Shown here: positions 1 through 17,310 of the stretch, piece after piece
Layout: each line of letters begins with the position of its first letter
Numbering within the stretch: position 1 is the first letter of the stretch
NCBI GenBank assembly: GCA_964016885.1
Contig: OZ024740.1
Span: forward strand, 91,264,001-91,328,000
DNA: 64,000 bases
Direction: 5' to 3'
Source: Eledone cirrhosa
Lineage: Eukaryota
Made by a program: the position numbers and the translations under genes
The notes under the pieces: generated by a model
What the model saw: only the letters and a program-made list of their open reading frames with translations
Told to the model about the DNA's origin: nothing
Database searches by the model: none

Positions 1-232
1 GTCAGGGTCTCTGTAACTTTTTAATGGGCTTTCTCCACGAATGTCCATCTGAAGTCTCCCCCCTCCCCACCCCCCTGGAGAATTTTTCATTTTTATTTTT
101 TTGTTTCATCCTCTGTTTTGTTTTTTTTTACACGTAGAAATGCCCATTTGTACCATCCTGTATTGTTATGTATTCTCCTGTACTGTCATTAATATCTTAC
201 TTTGTGTAAATCCTTGTGGTTAATAAAGAAAG

Positions 233-262
<30 letters not shown>
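1..262 (+). mobile_element. 3' UTR and (ATT)n tail of a Tx1/L1-type LINE
   Basis: Closely similar to the 3' UTRs at 1004-1253 and 37465-37722; ends AATAAAGAAAGC+(ATT)n. Confidence 0.8.
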
Positions 263-265
<3 letters not shown>

Positions 266-321
266 ATACATTCTCCGGTACAAATTGCAAGTATAATTGT
301 ATGATGGCATTGCATTATTAA

Positions 322-1253
322 GCTCACAGCCCTCGACCAATCGGGCAATGTGATCGGTGGAAACTCCACCTTGGCGTTCTATAGGGGATTAGTGGAGGGG
401 AAGAGCGACGACGTACTTGGAGAAACTCTAGGCGTCGACGAAAATCAACTAGCCAATCTCTTCGGAAGGACTTTCGGGCCGGGGCCTATGGACAACTTCC
501 AGAAATCCCTGGCCTGGCAGTGCTACCGAGGAGCTTTGCCAGTTCGGGATAAACTCTACAGGCATGGAGGTGCCGTCAGCCGGGCATGTCCGAGATGCGC
601 GCAGGGCGACGAAACCGTCCTGCACGCACTCGTCCAGTGTCCGAGCATTGCTGACTTGTGGGTTTATGTCGAACACATGCTGTCACGTGTAGGACGGATC
701 CGGCTATCAGCTGAGTCCATCGTGAGGATTGCCCCGCCCCCTTCCTTTAGCCTGGAAGGGCAGGCAGTTTTTATCTGTCTGGTGGCCATGGCGAAAGAGA
801 TAGTATGGTGGACACGTTTGAAAGGGCTGAAGACGAGCACTTACCTCTTCGGTGATGCCCTGATTAACTTTTTCAAATTTCATTTGAAAAGGAAAATCAG
901 GGTAGAGAGGGAAGTGCTCTCTTCCCAGCATTTTGTTGAAAGATGGGTGAGAGAAGCAAGTATGGCCCGAATGAATGGGCCTTCTCTGAGTATGTGTCTG
1001 TAAATTAAAGGTGGAAAACTGGGAGAGGGCACTTGCCCTGGTGGTCAGGGCCACTGTGGTCTTTTAATGGGCTTTCTCCACAAATGTCCCTTGGAAGTCT
1101 CCCCCCTATTGGGGAATTTTTCTTTGTTATTTTATTTCAACCTCTGTTTTTTTTACACGCAGAAATGCCCATTTGTACCGTCCTGTAATGTCCTGTACTG
1201 TCCTTAATGTCTACTTTATGTGAACCCTTGTGGTTAATAAAGAAAACATTATT
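322..1253 (+). mobile_element. 5'-truncated Tx1/L1-type LINE (ORF2 C-terminus with Zn finger plus 3' UTR)
   Basis: ORF 350-1003 has CPRC..DETVLHALVQC (zf-RVT-like). AATAAA plus short ATT tail. Flanking direct repeat cattattaagct at 313-324 and 1247-1258 (probable TSD). Confidence 0.85.
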
Positions 1254-1299
1254 AAGCTATGTGTATTTTGTGTGCGTTATAGATCTTGCATACATTCAT

Positions 1300-3770
1300 G
1301 CACACAGAATCACACCTTTACACGAGTCAATGACCGATGCATGCATACACCTACACACATGCAGGCATACCCTGTATGGTAAACACTGTTAGCAGCCGGA
1401 GGCGGTGTTGTTCGTTACGTTCCGATTGACAGGCAGGTATCTTGTGCCGGACTGCGTCTGGCCTTTGGGGTGTCATGCTTTTTCGTGGTTTAATGTGTTG
1501 TTTGTTTAATGATTTGTTTGTGTTGTGTGTTGTTATCATTTTTAATAAGCACTCTAGCAAATATACATAAATGTGTTATTATTGTACCATGGCTATTATT
1601 ATGTAATGAGTACATCGTGCCAGACTGTAGCTTGTCTTCAGTGTGTTAAGCGTTTACTTGTTAAATCTGTTGTTTGTTTAGTGTTTTATTTAAGTGATGT
1701 ATGTTGAGGTCTAATTGGTCGGTGGTGTGCGTAGTTGGTTAATTTTGGAAATGTGTGTCATATGCTGATCTGCTGTTGATGTTTGGTGTTATTTTGTTAA
1801 TGATGATCGCTTCCTTAATTTCCTAATTTCGGTTTCTTGCTTCAATCGGAACTGTTGTGTTTTACTTGTTGTTTCTACATTTCCCTATGTGTTTCTTTAA
1901 GGATGAGTTATGTGTGCTTAAGTGTCCCTCAATGCAGATTTGTAGTGCTCTGATAGTGCTACTAATGTGAAAATCCCTACATTTATCACATTGAATCTGG
2001 TATAACTCGTATGTCCTATACGTGACACTGTTATATAACTCTGATAATTTGATAGGTTTCGGCCAGTATTGGGCACACATGTGTCTAACTTATTATCAGT
2101 ACCTGGGAAAGTTTTGAAAATCATGATTTGAACACATAGCGCGCTGAAGTAGCTAATTATTATTATAAGAGACATATCCGGATGCTGTAGGCTTATCCGG
2201 ACATTTCTGAGGAATTTGTCCAAAGATGTTTTGAATTTCATGGAATCTCTTTCAATTTTATATTTTCTTGTAATGAGAACGGGACCAGTTGATTTGAAAT
2301 AATTGTGCCATAATGTTGTTATGAGGTGTGAGCTTTATTTTTGGTGTTGGCGGAGAGCTCAGAGCACAATCCCTTGAGGTATTTCAAAGATGATGCCAAC
2401 ATCATTTGGACAATGTTGATGGAATGTGTTCCAGATCATGTAGTTAATTTAGCGCTCATGATGTTGTTAAAGAGAAGAGTTGTGTTTTCCAGGGGTAATA
2501 GCAAATGTTGTCATTGTGTGATAACTAGAATGTTAACATCTCTTTTGCCAGATTCATCATGGCTAAAATAGTGTTTACTTGTTTAGGGAGCAGTTGCTGA
2601 GTGGAAGTGTGGTTGCACACATGTAGAAGGTCATAGATCCATGTTTAGTTGTGTTTTGTACCTTCGTGAAAAATATTGACCAGGAAAACAGCAAGAGCGG
2701 GTGAATTTACTGGGGGTCAGATGTTGGCTAGGAGCCCCATTTCTGTTAATGCGTCGAGCCCCTGGAAGATGAGGGAAGGGACAATCATGATGCAGGCATA
2801 ATCTCTTGGGGTAGGAATACCGGCAGACTCTAAGATTCGGGACTACGCGGGTTTAAGCGTTTAATTTAGTATTTGAAGTTGTTGATATTACTGTGGAATG
2901 TGTGCATTGATTTTGGCTAGTACTGCCGTTATGAACTGTGCGTCTCATTACAGGCAGTTACTTGAAGATATAGTCACTTCGTGCGCAAAGCCTCTGGCCT
3001 AGTGAATAATGCCATTTTCGGGGGTTTTGTGTTTGTGCTGTGGAAGGCGCGTGATGCTTCATATATTTGGACAGATTTTTCGTAGTACTGTAGGTAGCAA
3101 TTTGATATATAAAAAGAAAGCAGTGATTCATTATTAGTTGATATGGTAGAAATGTTAATAGCCCTAGCAGTAGAAGATGATGAGGATAATGATGATGACG
3201 GTGATGAAAACTGTGGTGGTTACTGTGGTGAATGGGACTCTGAAGGTAAAGGGCAGCTCATACTGTCATTCAGTAAATCATCTATTGTGCTGATATATAG
3301 GAGTAGTTCTTCCCGTTGTTGTTTTTGTTGCTGCTGGTGCTGTGGCTGATATTGTTGTAATTGTTGTTGATTCTAGAGTGGTTTCAGTTTTTGTTGTACT
3401 TATTCTTATTTTGTAGTTGTTGCTTTTTGTTTATTCGTATGATCAGTATTTAAATCGGACCAATTTCGTTTGTTGTAAACTCTTTGATTAGTCATTTCAT
3501 TCCATTTTATATACTCTCTCTTATGTTTGTGATTGTTATGGTTAATTGATTATTGAGGAATATTAAAGAACAGGTGTATATATAATATAATTATATAGAA
3601 AGTGTGGAGAAATTGGAAGTGTGCAGTTAAAATATGTACTTATTAGTTTGTGGGTAAACCGTATTTTTCAGGGTTTCAGATGAGGGATAGATCCAGTTAT
3701 GCTGTGTGGTTTGCTATTGATTTCCGAAAAGTCTTAAAAGCACTTGTAAATACTTCAACAGTCACTTAAC
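1300..3770 (-). mobile_element. Degenerate Penelope-like element (GIY-YIG remnant)
   Basis: ORF 1862-2080 LYQIQCDKCRDFHISST.RAL...EGHL...SSLKKH resembles the PLE endonuclease VY.I.C..C...YIG.T.R.L..R..EH. HHR-like motif at 3671-3741 on the opposite strand. Boundaries approximate. Confidence 0.55.
2157..2262 (-). mobile_element. Short 3' fragment of a CR1/L2-like LINE nested in the PLE
   Basis: FKTSLDKFLRNV motif typical of LINE ORF2 C-termini, followed by a short (TAA)n tail. Confidence 0.4.
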
Positions 3771-3912
3771 AATATATATATATATATAAGTAATATATAT
3801 AAATATATATAAATAATATATAAAAATGTGTATACTTGCGCATATGTATGTACACACACACAGACACACACAGGCACACACACGCATAAAAAGACACACA
3901 CACAACAACGCA

Positions 3913-3966
<54 letters not shown>

Positions 3967-4765
3967 GAGAAATAAAGATTCAGCTAGAATCGCATTTCGG
4001 CGGGCTGGGAAAGCGAAACGAAACGCAAAAATCAGGAATGTACTGGCAAAGTGGTCCATAGTTAAAACCCACAGCACGTATGTTACATATGTATATATAT
4101 ATATACATATTTGCTTATGTAAAGCATACAAATATGTGCAGGCACATGGACTAGTGGAAACATTTTGGGACCCACGATCATGCTCTGCTGTGTTCTTGAA
4201 CACACCCAACAGCCCAAATATTCATATAAAGAACATGAATGGAGAGTATGAGTATACATATATTTATGTTTTATATAGTAAGGTTTCACAAAATGTAAAT
4301 ACGAAGTGTAACGATACTATAAGAAAAGCGTTCAATAAAACCTTATACACAGACACACAAGCCCACACACACACTCATACAAAATGTGAAAGGAAGTTGA
4401 AACAATATCGCAGAAAATCATTTGTGTGGGCTTAAATATTATATTTTCTATAATCTATAATGCAAATAACCTGTATGTGTATTATGCACACTTGAATATA
4501 TAATATTTTATATAAACATGGAAAAATAACTAATTTAAATGTAAAATATAACCATGTAAATGGTAGAGAAAATTCGTATAGTTGAACAAATAACATCAAC
4601 CGCTTATCCAAATATATCGCACGCCGCTCCGCAGAGTATATATGTAAATACATATACAAGTAACGTACGCAGTTATAACGTTACACACAGAAGAGCCAAA
4701 ATATTATATATGCATATCTGCACGCTCATATACTCACATATATAAAGAAAATGCAAGGCTATATA

Positions 4766-4834
<69 letters not shown>

Positions 4835-4847
4835 GTGTGTGTGTGTG

Positions 4848-5320
4848 TAAATGGAAAAGAATGAAACGGAATTTCATTTCTCATTCATAGTACGGCTGGT
4901 ACTTAAATGTAAGTATGTATGTATACGTACATACATATATGTATATAGACGTACAGTAGTATGTATATATATATATACATACATGCACATATATATATAT
5001 ATGTACGTATGGGTATACCGAACAGTTATTATAATGCTCGGTTTGTTTGTAAACAAACAAAAAGCCAGAATTACGCCGTACAGTTTTCAGGCAACCATCG
5101 TCACATTTTTGTTCAACACTGACACAGGAACGATGTAATAGTTTCAAGCTTATTATCTATCGTCCAGATCTTTCTGTCAGATGGCTGAACGTCTGAAAGT
5201 ACATACTTTCCTTATGCATATTAACATATATATATATGTGTGTGCATGTATGTGTATATATACATACTACTGTACGTCTGTATACATATGTGTATGTGCG
5301 TATACATACCTACTTACATA
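4848..5320 (-). repeat. Degenerate monomer of the HHR-bearing ~430 bp tandem repeat family
   Basis: Shares gtacggctg.tacttaa, tttgtttgtaaacaaaca and ggcaaccatcg with the 21 kb and 60 kb arrays. Decayed HHR at ~5131-5167. Confidence 0.75.
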
Positions 5321-5431
5321 TATATATTGTTATACTTGGGGATTAATAACAGAACACACTCACTGTATAACGATATTTGTTTCGACACACGATTTCATAT
5401 AAAAAACCTCGCTAAACTAATTCATCGCCGC

Positions 5432-5492
<61 letters not shown>

Positions 5493-5550
5493 GTACTGCG
5501 CCATCCACACTGACACACCCCGTCTCCCTATATACGCACACACATGTGTA

Positions 5551-5599
<49 letters not shown>

Positions 5600-5600
<1 letters not shown>

Positions 5601-6133
5601 GATAAATCTACCAAGAGTTTACGGTAGTGTCCAATCCGTATGAAGAACTCAATGTATTCCGGATATCATGGAAAGAAGAAATGTAATGAAAAATCACTTT
5701 CGGTGAAAGATAAACGGTATACAGAGTCAAGATAAAATATTAAACAAATAATGAATAAACAATTCCTTATATTAAACAAAAAAAGTTCATTATTTAACGA
5801 TCGTTTCTAGGATATATATGTGTTAGAGTTGGCATGCATATTCAACAGATCTATGTACAAAATTATACAAAATTATACAAACTATCAAGATTAAATATAC
5901 ATACCAACACATATATACGCCGTCTTCAGAAATAATAATTATTTCTGAAGACGGCGTATATATGTGTTGGTATGTATATTTAATCTTGATAGTTTGTATA
6001 ATTTTGTATAATTTTGTACATAGATCTGTTGAATATGCATGCCAACTCTAACACATATATATCCTAGAAACGATCGTTAAATAATGAACTTTTTTTGTTT
6101 AATATAAGGAATTGTTTATTCATTATTTGTTTA

Positions 6134-6142
<9 letters not shown>
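5600..6142. mobile_element. PLE pseudo-LTR foldback with a 205-bp-arm palindrome
   Basis: 5732-5936 is the reverse complement of 5938-6142 (1-nt spacer). Flanked by (TA)n. Related to 41500-41935. Confidence 0.8.
5938..6085 (+). ncRNA. Type I hammerhead ribozyme (mirror copy on the - strand)
   Basis: attattt-CTGAAGA-long stem II insert-GAAA-CGATCG-TT-aaataat; stem I is 7 bp. The sister copy at 41.7 kb has GUA at the cleavage site. Confidence 0.7.
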
Positions 6143-6215
<73 letters not shown>

Positions 6216-6823
6216 TGTATGTGTCTATATATCAGTGTGTATATACGAATGTGTATGTATACAACGTTTTTGTCAGACTAAGTGTGTCTAGGTATGCATC
6301 TCCTCATTGTATTTGACACCACCAACACATCCATCACACCACCATAAGCACCATTACCATAAACAACAACACCACACCCACACTACACACAATAATTAGC
6401 CACACTTACACGCCACCAATTTGCTACCGACAATATCACCAGGCCCACATCTCAGTCCATCTCAGCCTGCGACCGTCGCCACCATCTTATCATCACATCC
6501 ACCCCTACATACACTACAGGCGTAAACATCCCCATTATCTATTCCACCAATCGAAACAAGCCTTATGGACCACATGTGAACTTCTGACTTTACCATATAG
6601 CATGTATTCATTTTCTACTAGCACTTCAATGGGTTCGTCGAGCTGCAGATTATAGAGTCGGGTAAGATCGGTACAGATCGAACCTTGAGCTGATCAGTGG
6701 CGAAACGCGCGTCACCTGCCAACAAATGTAATGATGAGGTAACCAATCGTCCTTGTTATCTTTTCAATGTAATACACTCTGTATAGCTCTACACCTCCAT
6801 ACAGAAGTGAACCAAGTTACACA

Positions 6824-6918
<95 letters not shown>

Positions 6919-6980
6919 TAAATGAAAGTATAGTAATTATTGTGAGTGTGAAGCCAACAGTATTTCATTACATATATATA

Positions 6981-9970
<2,990 letters not shown>

Positions 9971-9981
9971 TATATGTATAC

Positions 9982-10012
<31 letters not shown>

Positions 10013-10475
10013 TATCCTGGTTTCCAGGTTTTGAAGCAACTGACGGTGAATGACTGCCACTTGGACAGCCCAATGCATGGTTAAACCCACAACTGTTGCT
10101 GGTACTCTTGTTTTTTTCAACTCTGCTTACGTGATATGAAGTTTTTTGCTGAAGAACACAAAAGATTATGATCGTGGGTCGAATAAAATTTCCACTAGGT
10201 CACGTTGCGCCTGCAAGATATATATATATATATATAAAATACAATATGTTGAAAAGGTAACACACTAGAGAGAGATAGTGTGCCATCAATAAAACAAGGA
10301 AAAACCACCAGTGTATGAAATCTGTTGTTTTTTTCCCTGTGTTATTGATGGTGCACTATCTCTCTCTAGTGTGTTACCTTTTCAACATCTTGTATTTTAA
10401 AGAGCTCAGGATTCATTCTCCTTTGAGCACATTATTGACACAGAATAGCGAGAGTCGATGGCTCCGTTAATTTAT

Positions 10476-10564
<89 letters not shown>

Positions 10565-10565
10565 A

Positions 10566-11830
10566 ATCTATAAAGCTCAGTGTGTGGTCATGCTCCTTTT
10601 TTATAGAAATCTACGATATAGAATGTCTTCAATTGAAATTAACAATTCAGTATTCGAAATAGCATCGATTGCGTCTTGGCACATCTCATTTTTTCAATTT
10701 CACCCACAATTACGCAAAAAATAGATAAAATTCAATATTTTACGATTTTTCTCTGTCATTTTAACTGCTAAACTCTTTCCACTACCATTCAAAATCTATA
10801 CAACTTCATACTCTCTGCTACTTTCTCTTTCCAAGCTTGATGGTGATACTGTCCGTTTTACTCTCTCATATCATCTGACACCGTGCGTGATTGCCGAAGA
10901 GAAAGAGAAGAGAGTGAGAGGGAGAGAGATAGAGAACGTTTATTATTACATAAAGTACCAGTAATTTACTGGTTAATTGCTGGCCTTGTGCTAAAAAAAG
11001 GAGAAACAATTATTACATTTCATACGAAACGACAATTATTCAAAAGCAACAGATACATTTATTCAACAAGCGATAAATCTTTTTTAAAACATGTTTTCCA
11101 AACGTATACAAACACACACTCACTTCAACAACAACAACAACAATCTGCCTTTTATAGATAATGATAAACAATAATATCCTCTATGAGGTCATTGAACCTG
11201 CTAGAAACAGCAGCTAACTCTCCCCCATACCACACCCTTCCCCACTGTCTTAAATTTAGAAAACATATCTTTTATGAGGTCACTAAACCTGCTAGAAACA
11301 GCAGCTAACTCTCCCCCATATCACACCACTCCCTACTGTCTTACATTTAGAAAACACATATCCTCTATGAGGTTACTAAACCTGCTAGAAACAGCAGCTA
11401 ACTCTCCCCTATATCACACCCCTCCCTACTGTCTTAAATTTAGAAAACATATCTTCTATGAGGTCACTAAACCTGCTAGAAACAGCAGCTAACTCTCCCC
11501 CATATCACACCACTCCCTACTGTCTTACATTTAGAAAACACACAGACAACCACGCAGAACAACTCCATCGCAGCTCTGTTGTTCGGCTGGCATCGTCTAC
11601 GCGCGTGTTGCGCAAGTCCTGTGAAACAATAAATGTCAACACTTTTTTGCACAGAGATAATATCCATAGGCGAAACAACAATTGTCACTGCTGGCGCAGC
11701 TCCTGCTTCCAGATCTGCAATTCATTCATTCACCCAGTGCCTGGCAGACAAAAAAGTGCTGCCATAAAATGGGTGGTGCAACTTAACTTTGGTAACTTAA
11801 TGACCCCGAGCAACGCCGGGCTTTAACGCA
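10566..11830 (+). mobile_element. Degenerate Helitron-like element
   Basis: Starts TCTATAAAGCT after (TA)n. Ends with the same hairpin CCCGAGCAACGCCGGG (11805-11820); the terminal CTAG is not intact. Confidence 0.45.
11175..11545 (+). repeat. Four-copy 91/93-bp minisatellite
   Basis: tatgagg..aacctgctagaaacagcagctaactctcccc recurs at ~11181, 11272, 11365 and 11456. Confidence 0.9.
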
Positions 11831-11831
11831 T

Positions 11832-13509
11832 TTGTTGGTATAACCCACCATATAATATGGAGGTGGCCACACCTTTAGCTAAGATCTTTCTTTTCCTTAT
11901 TACGAAGCAGTTTCCCCCTACACATAAATATAGTAAATTTTTTTAATAGAAATACTATTACAATTTCTTACTCTACGACTCCTAACCTTGCACATAACAT
12001 CACAGCTTCAAATTTAGCTAAACTACCTAGCCTTAGGAACACGTGCAACCCTGTAGTTAGTACTAACTGTAATTGTAGGAGTCGGGTTGATTGCTCCCTA
12101 TCCGGGAATTGCCTCTCTAGTAACATTGTCTACAAATGTAAGGTTGTAACAGCCACGTCCCGTAGGGGCTACATAGGGTTAACCGCCAATAGTTTCAAGC
12201 AGCATCTTTACATGCATACCCATTCTTTTCGTTACCCTCTAAGAAGGAATATGACGTCACTTTCAGCTTATATTAGGAGTATAAAAGACAATCACACCCA
12301 ATATAAGTTACACTGGGAGATCCTAGCTATGGCTAGATCGTATAACGGAAATAAAAGACCATGTGACCTCTGCGCCGCTGAGGCCCTGGAAATACTCTAC
12401 GCCACCGACCACATCTTAAACAAAAAATCTGAGGCAATTTCGGCTTGTAAACATAAATTGCACAAAACTTTCCTGTATTACAGCCCCACGTTATACCCTA
12501 ACGGATAGTACGGTCTATACGTGGATATTTTACGTCTTGGTGTGGGAGCTAAGTATATGTTTTTTTTATACCATTACTTATTTGCATAGGTAAGTATATA
12601 TTACCCGTATGTTTTGTGAAGGTACGTATACCTTCTTGTACGTATATTTGATTGTTTATGTTATGCCGAATACATTTTATATATTCTGGTACATATGGTT
12701 TGGCTATGTGTATACAGGAGTTTTGGGTCTGTGTGAGTATGCAGGTTCGTACGTATGTAGAGTGTGTGTATATGGGTACTTCATGTTTTGGTTGAATTAC
12801 GTCTCCGAACATTCGTGTATTTACATGTAGGTATGTGTGTGCGCTTGTTATATACGTATTTATTTATTTATATACGTTTATATGATTATTTATTTATTTG
12901 TATACACGCATACACACACACACATATTTATATGTGCGTGGTTTTGTATACCTATGGTAAGTGTTTTGCGTATGCTTGTGTATGTACGTATTTGTTTGCG
13001 TGTATGTATTTATTTATATTACTTCTGTATTGTATTTCTTTACTTTGTTCTTAACTCTGTAGCGGAGAAATCATTCGGTCTCCTAGTTAGAATTTTAGTC
13101 TACGACTGCTGCTATACCATTTACATGGTTTTGTCTTTGCGTGCTAGTGTTCTCCACGCTCCACATATGACGTATTATCTTCGTTTTTTTCGTTCATTGC
13201 CAGAGAACATCTCTATGAACCACCTAAGAGAACATTAGTCTACGATCTCTTTTATACCATAAACGTGGTTCTGTCTTTGCGCGTAATTGTTTTTCACTGC
13301 TCCTATTAATGACGTACTATATAAGTTTTTTCCCGTTCTTTGCCAGCGAACGTTTCCACGAACCAGAGTATCGTCTTCCTGTCTTCCTCCGGTTGCAACG
13401 TTTTTTTAAATATCCACTTCTGCGTTTACAGATTGACTTTGTTAGTTTCAGAAGATCCCGTTAAGGGTGAAAGCAGCGATTCTTTGCTTAAACTTTAATC
13501 TGTAATTTT

Positions 13510-13510
<1 letters not shown>
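11832..13510 (+). mobile_element. 5'-truncated PLE with CxCx5Cx5C linker and GIY-YIG endonuclease (frameshifted)
   Basis: WYNPP...CNCRSRVDCSLSGNCLSSNIVYKC...YIG; ORF 12212-12508 has CDLC..E. HHR-like motif at the 3' end; ends in (TA)n. Confidence 0.8.
13444..13494 (+). ncRNA. HHR-like motif with CAGAAGA core variant
   Basis: agttt-CAGAAGA-tccc/gggt-GAAA-gca..tgc-TT-aaact. Confidence 0.55.
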
Positions 13511-13570
<60 letters not shown>

Positions 13571-13897
13571 ATCGTTCTCGGTATGGTGAACAAACTGTTG
13601 TTTTACTACTTCTACCAAACTCGTCCCATGGACTGAGTGCACTACCACTACGGATATTACCCTCCCATGTTCTACCCCTCTCTCTCTTTTTCTCTCTCTC
13701 TATCTCTCTCTCTATATATATATATATAATATTATGTATGTGCGTGTGTGTGCCTGTGAGTATGTGTGCGTATGTGCGTGTGTGGATTTCGTATATCTAA
13801 ATATATACACTATACTAATAGATACATATTTTGAAAGCCCAGCTATTAATAGAATGGCAGACGGCCAGAGACGTACTCCAGCAGAAGCACAGCTAGT

Positions 13898-13942
13898 TCA
13901 TTGTCTATGCGTTTCCAGCTCTGGCTCTCATCAAGACAATGA
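13898..13942 (-). ncRNA. Minimal type I HHR (C3U variant)
   Basis: tcattgtc-TTGATGA-g agc caga gct g-GAAA-CGCA-TA-gacaatga; perfect 8-bp stem I. Confidence 0.6.
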
Positions 13943-14462
13943 TTCCCCTTCTCAATGCTGGAATTTGAAACAGGTGGAAATGTTCTTTTCTCTTTCGCCA
14001 AAGTCGGCTGATTAGCCTCATTTTCATATGAATCATACTTCAAATTAATAAAACAAACGAGACACACACAGATAGACAAAGCAACCAACTAGTTAAAAGT
14101 AATTAAACGTATAAATAAAGAAAGATACACAAACTCACACATATTTAAGGCATGAACGCCCTAGATACATAGCACACAACACACAAAAGCAAGATGGTGT
14201 AGGAAAGAACAAAGAAAAAGACACAGAATAATACATTATTCACTTAGGAGGTCACACAAAGTATCATCAAAGAACTTTGGCAATAAATAAACAAACATTC
14301 AGTTATTAAACCAGCCAGCTGGAAATGTATAATATATTAAAGTGTACACTAACAGACGAGTGTTATTATTTGCTGCAGGAACCTCCAAAAGACTCAACAT
14401 ATCTGTTTCAACAGACGATTTGAGAAAAGAAATTTGCAACAAAAATACGAAAACGGAGTATA

Positions 14463-14541
<79 letters not shown>

Positions 14542-14662
14542 AACCGAGTGTTCGTGTCAGTAGATTTATAACTCTCTCTCTCAAACCTACTCTCCTTGTA
14601 TCTCATATAGACACACACGCACACACACACATACAAACACATACGCATACACACACATACAA

Positions 14663-14721
<59 letters not shown>

Positions 14722-16912
14722 TAGATAAATACACACATAATATACTATATATTTATGAGTGTGTACTCCTGTGTGTGTGTGTATGTGTTTGAGTGACTGT
14801 GTGAATAATCTACAAATACATTACATGGTGGCATGTATGGTATCTAACATAAATAAGAGAGATATATCTGTTTTTGTAACACATAAATGTATTTCCATTA
14901 TGTGTCGATGTAAACCACTGACATGGCATCTCTTTGCTTTTGTGTTCAAGAAAGTTAGTTTGCTTCTGTCTAACAGGCTTATTTTGCTAGTTTGCTGATT
15001 GTGAGTATGAGAGTTTGTATTAAGTATTTACCAGCTTTCAATTTGAATATTGTACAGTGAATATTGTTTGTCTCACATATTTGGATACATATTCCGATTT
15101 TTAATACATTTATATATTTGCGAAAACACCACCTTTCCCATCAACATAAGATGTTTATTTTTCTGAAGATCTATGTCGAATATAGAGTATACAGCATATG
15201 TAAGAAGGCACAGATTATGTCATACATAAACCGAATGCATATAAACAGCCTTAAATGTAGACCATAGGATTTTCCACTATAAATCATGACATAAATTATA
15301 ATGAAACCCCCACCAAAAATGCAAAAATAAAATGTGAAATTATTTATTCAATAACAACTCATATCTTGAAAACCCCCGAAAAAAAAATTGTTTATACGAT
15401 ACAAATTTCAGTTGCTACCTGACATCTATATAACTTTGTTTCATTGCATACATATAAACTAAACATTAAGGCATCGGGCGAACGCACTTTCAACTGGATC
15501 AATGAAATATATTTCATCTCTCAAAAGAGGGAATCATTATATAACACTGCTCCACCACCCATTTCTGTATATCCAAGAAGAAAAACGATTAATTTTGAAA
15601 AATAAAAGAATCACTGTAGATGTTACTCAGTCCATGTTGTTAATTGTGATTGTTTTAAGCAAAGGAGTTTGTATGCATATCTAGACAAATAATTCATTGA
15701 TATATGCGCTGATATTTAATAGATGGGAACCAGATGGGTGCCCAGCATATATGTATGCATATCCCCATCGAAACTTGTTTTCATTTTGACGTAATTATTA
15801 ATAAGAAATATAATGTTATACCACTAATCATCTCATTTGCTGATACCTAACCTACTGCCAATATTTAACATTTAATTATCAACAAATTCCTATGTATGGC
15901 AGTAACTAAATACATTTCAAGAATTTAACATAAAATCAAATCAATTCTACAGAGAATACACATTACAAAAAAGTAATAAATATATCAAATATATTTTGAA
16001 AATAAATTGGAATATATAACGAAGAAATTGTGAAAGCAACATGAATGATTAGAGTAACTAAAAATAAATACAGAGGGTAAAAAACTGACATTTTGCAAAT
16101 CATAAGATCAATAGTAGTTGACTTTGTTAAAAAAAAAGAATATTTATGGATTATATAACAAGAGTGAAAACGCACGCAAACAACAGGTAAAATATAAATA
16201 AAATTTGGTTTCATTGAAGTAGAATTAGAAATACACTATCAAATGCAGAAAATGCAGTAAAATTCAAGCGTTTATGAAAAAAAATGTTTTTGCCAAACAT
16301 CGATATTTCTTCAGTTTTCTTTATTTTACTGTTAATGATCTCGTTTAAAAGTCAGCATAGATTTTTTCACTCGTGTAGTATAACATAAATACAAAAGTAA
16401 GAAACAAAAACATACATGTATGTGAAGGAAAATGTACGAAAATTATATATACATATATATATACAAACAAAACAAAGCACATTCATAAACGATCTAGAAG
16501 TAAATATCACATTTCCCCTAGGCTAAATATATAGCAAATAGAAAATGTTTAAATGAAAATATGAAACGAAGCAATACTGATGCTGTTAATGATGGGAACA
16601 CAATTTATCACTACAATTTTAATGATGAATAACGAGAAACCCAAACAAAAATTAAAAACAATACAAATGTATCACTGCAGCAAAATAAAAGAAAAATGAA
16701 ACTTAACAAGCAAATCGGATTTTGTGCAAAATATATGATTCCCTTATTTTCTACCATCTCTATATCCCATATATCACACACGCACTTGCCAACCAAATTA
16801 TGTATATACATCTACAAAATTTTAATTTCTTTCGTTGCACTGTCAATATGTTCCGATATTCCTTATATGTACGCTTATATGAATGTATATATATATAAGT
16901 GTGTGTGTGTGG

Positions 16913-16955
<43 letters not shown>

Positions 16956-17230
16956 TGCGTGTGCGTTTGTGTGTGTATGCGTGTGTGTGTTTGTGTATGT
17001 GTGTGTGTATATGTAACTCACGTCATCAGTACGCTTACCTCTGACATAACCGTACCCAGCTTACACCAATAGATGTAAACTTTACATTTACAATTCAGGA
17101 TATTCAACAAACCAAGCCACTAAACAAATAGCGAAACTACGCAATATTTTTTAAAATATGCCCTCCTCTCCCGTGAAAACAACCCCAACCTACATCAATG
17201 ATATGGGAATGATAACATCTCATTGCATAC

Positions 17231-17310
<80 letters not shown>

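Noticed and set aside
6640-6720. HHR at GAAACGCGCGTC
   Set aside because: The 3' half is convincing, but there is no intact CUGANGA with a matching stem I. Treated as a decayed relic and not counted.
11175-11545. CRISPR-like array
   Set aside because: Contiguous near-identical units with no unique spacers, in a eukaryotic context.
14760-17200. Host gene exons in low-repeat stretches (also 24000-27100 and 56900-57950)
   Set aside because: Only short AT-biased ORFs with no recognisable domain; small exons cannot be excluded without RNA data.
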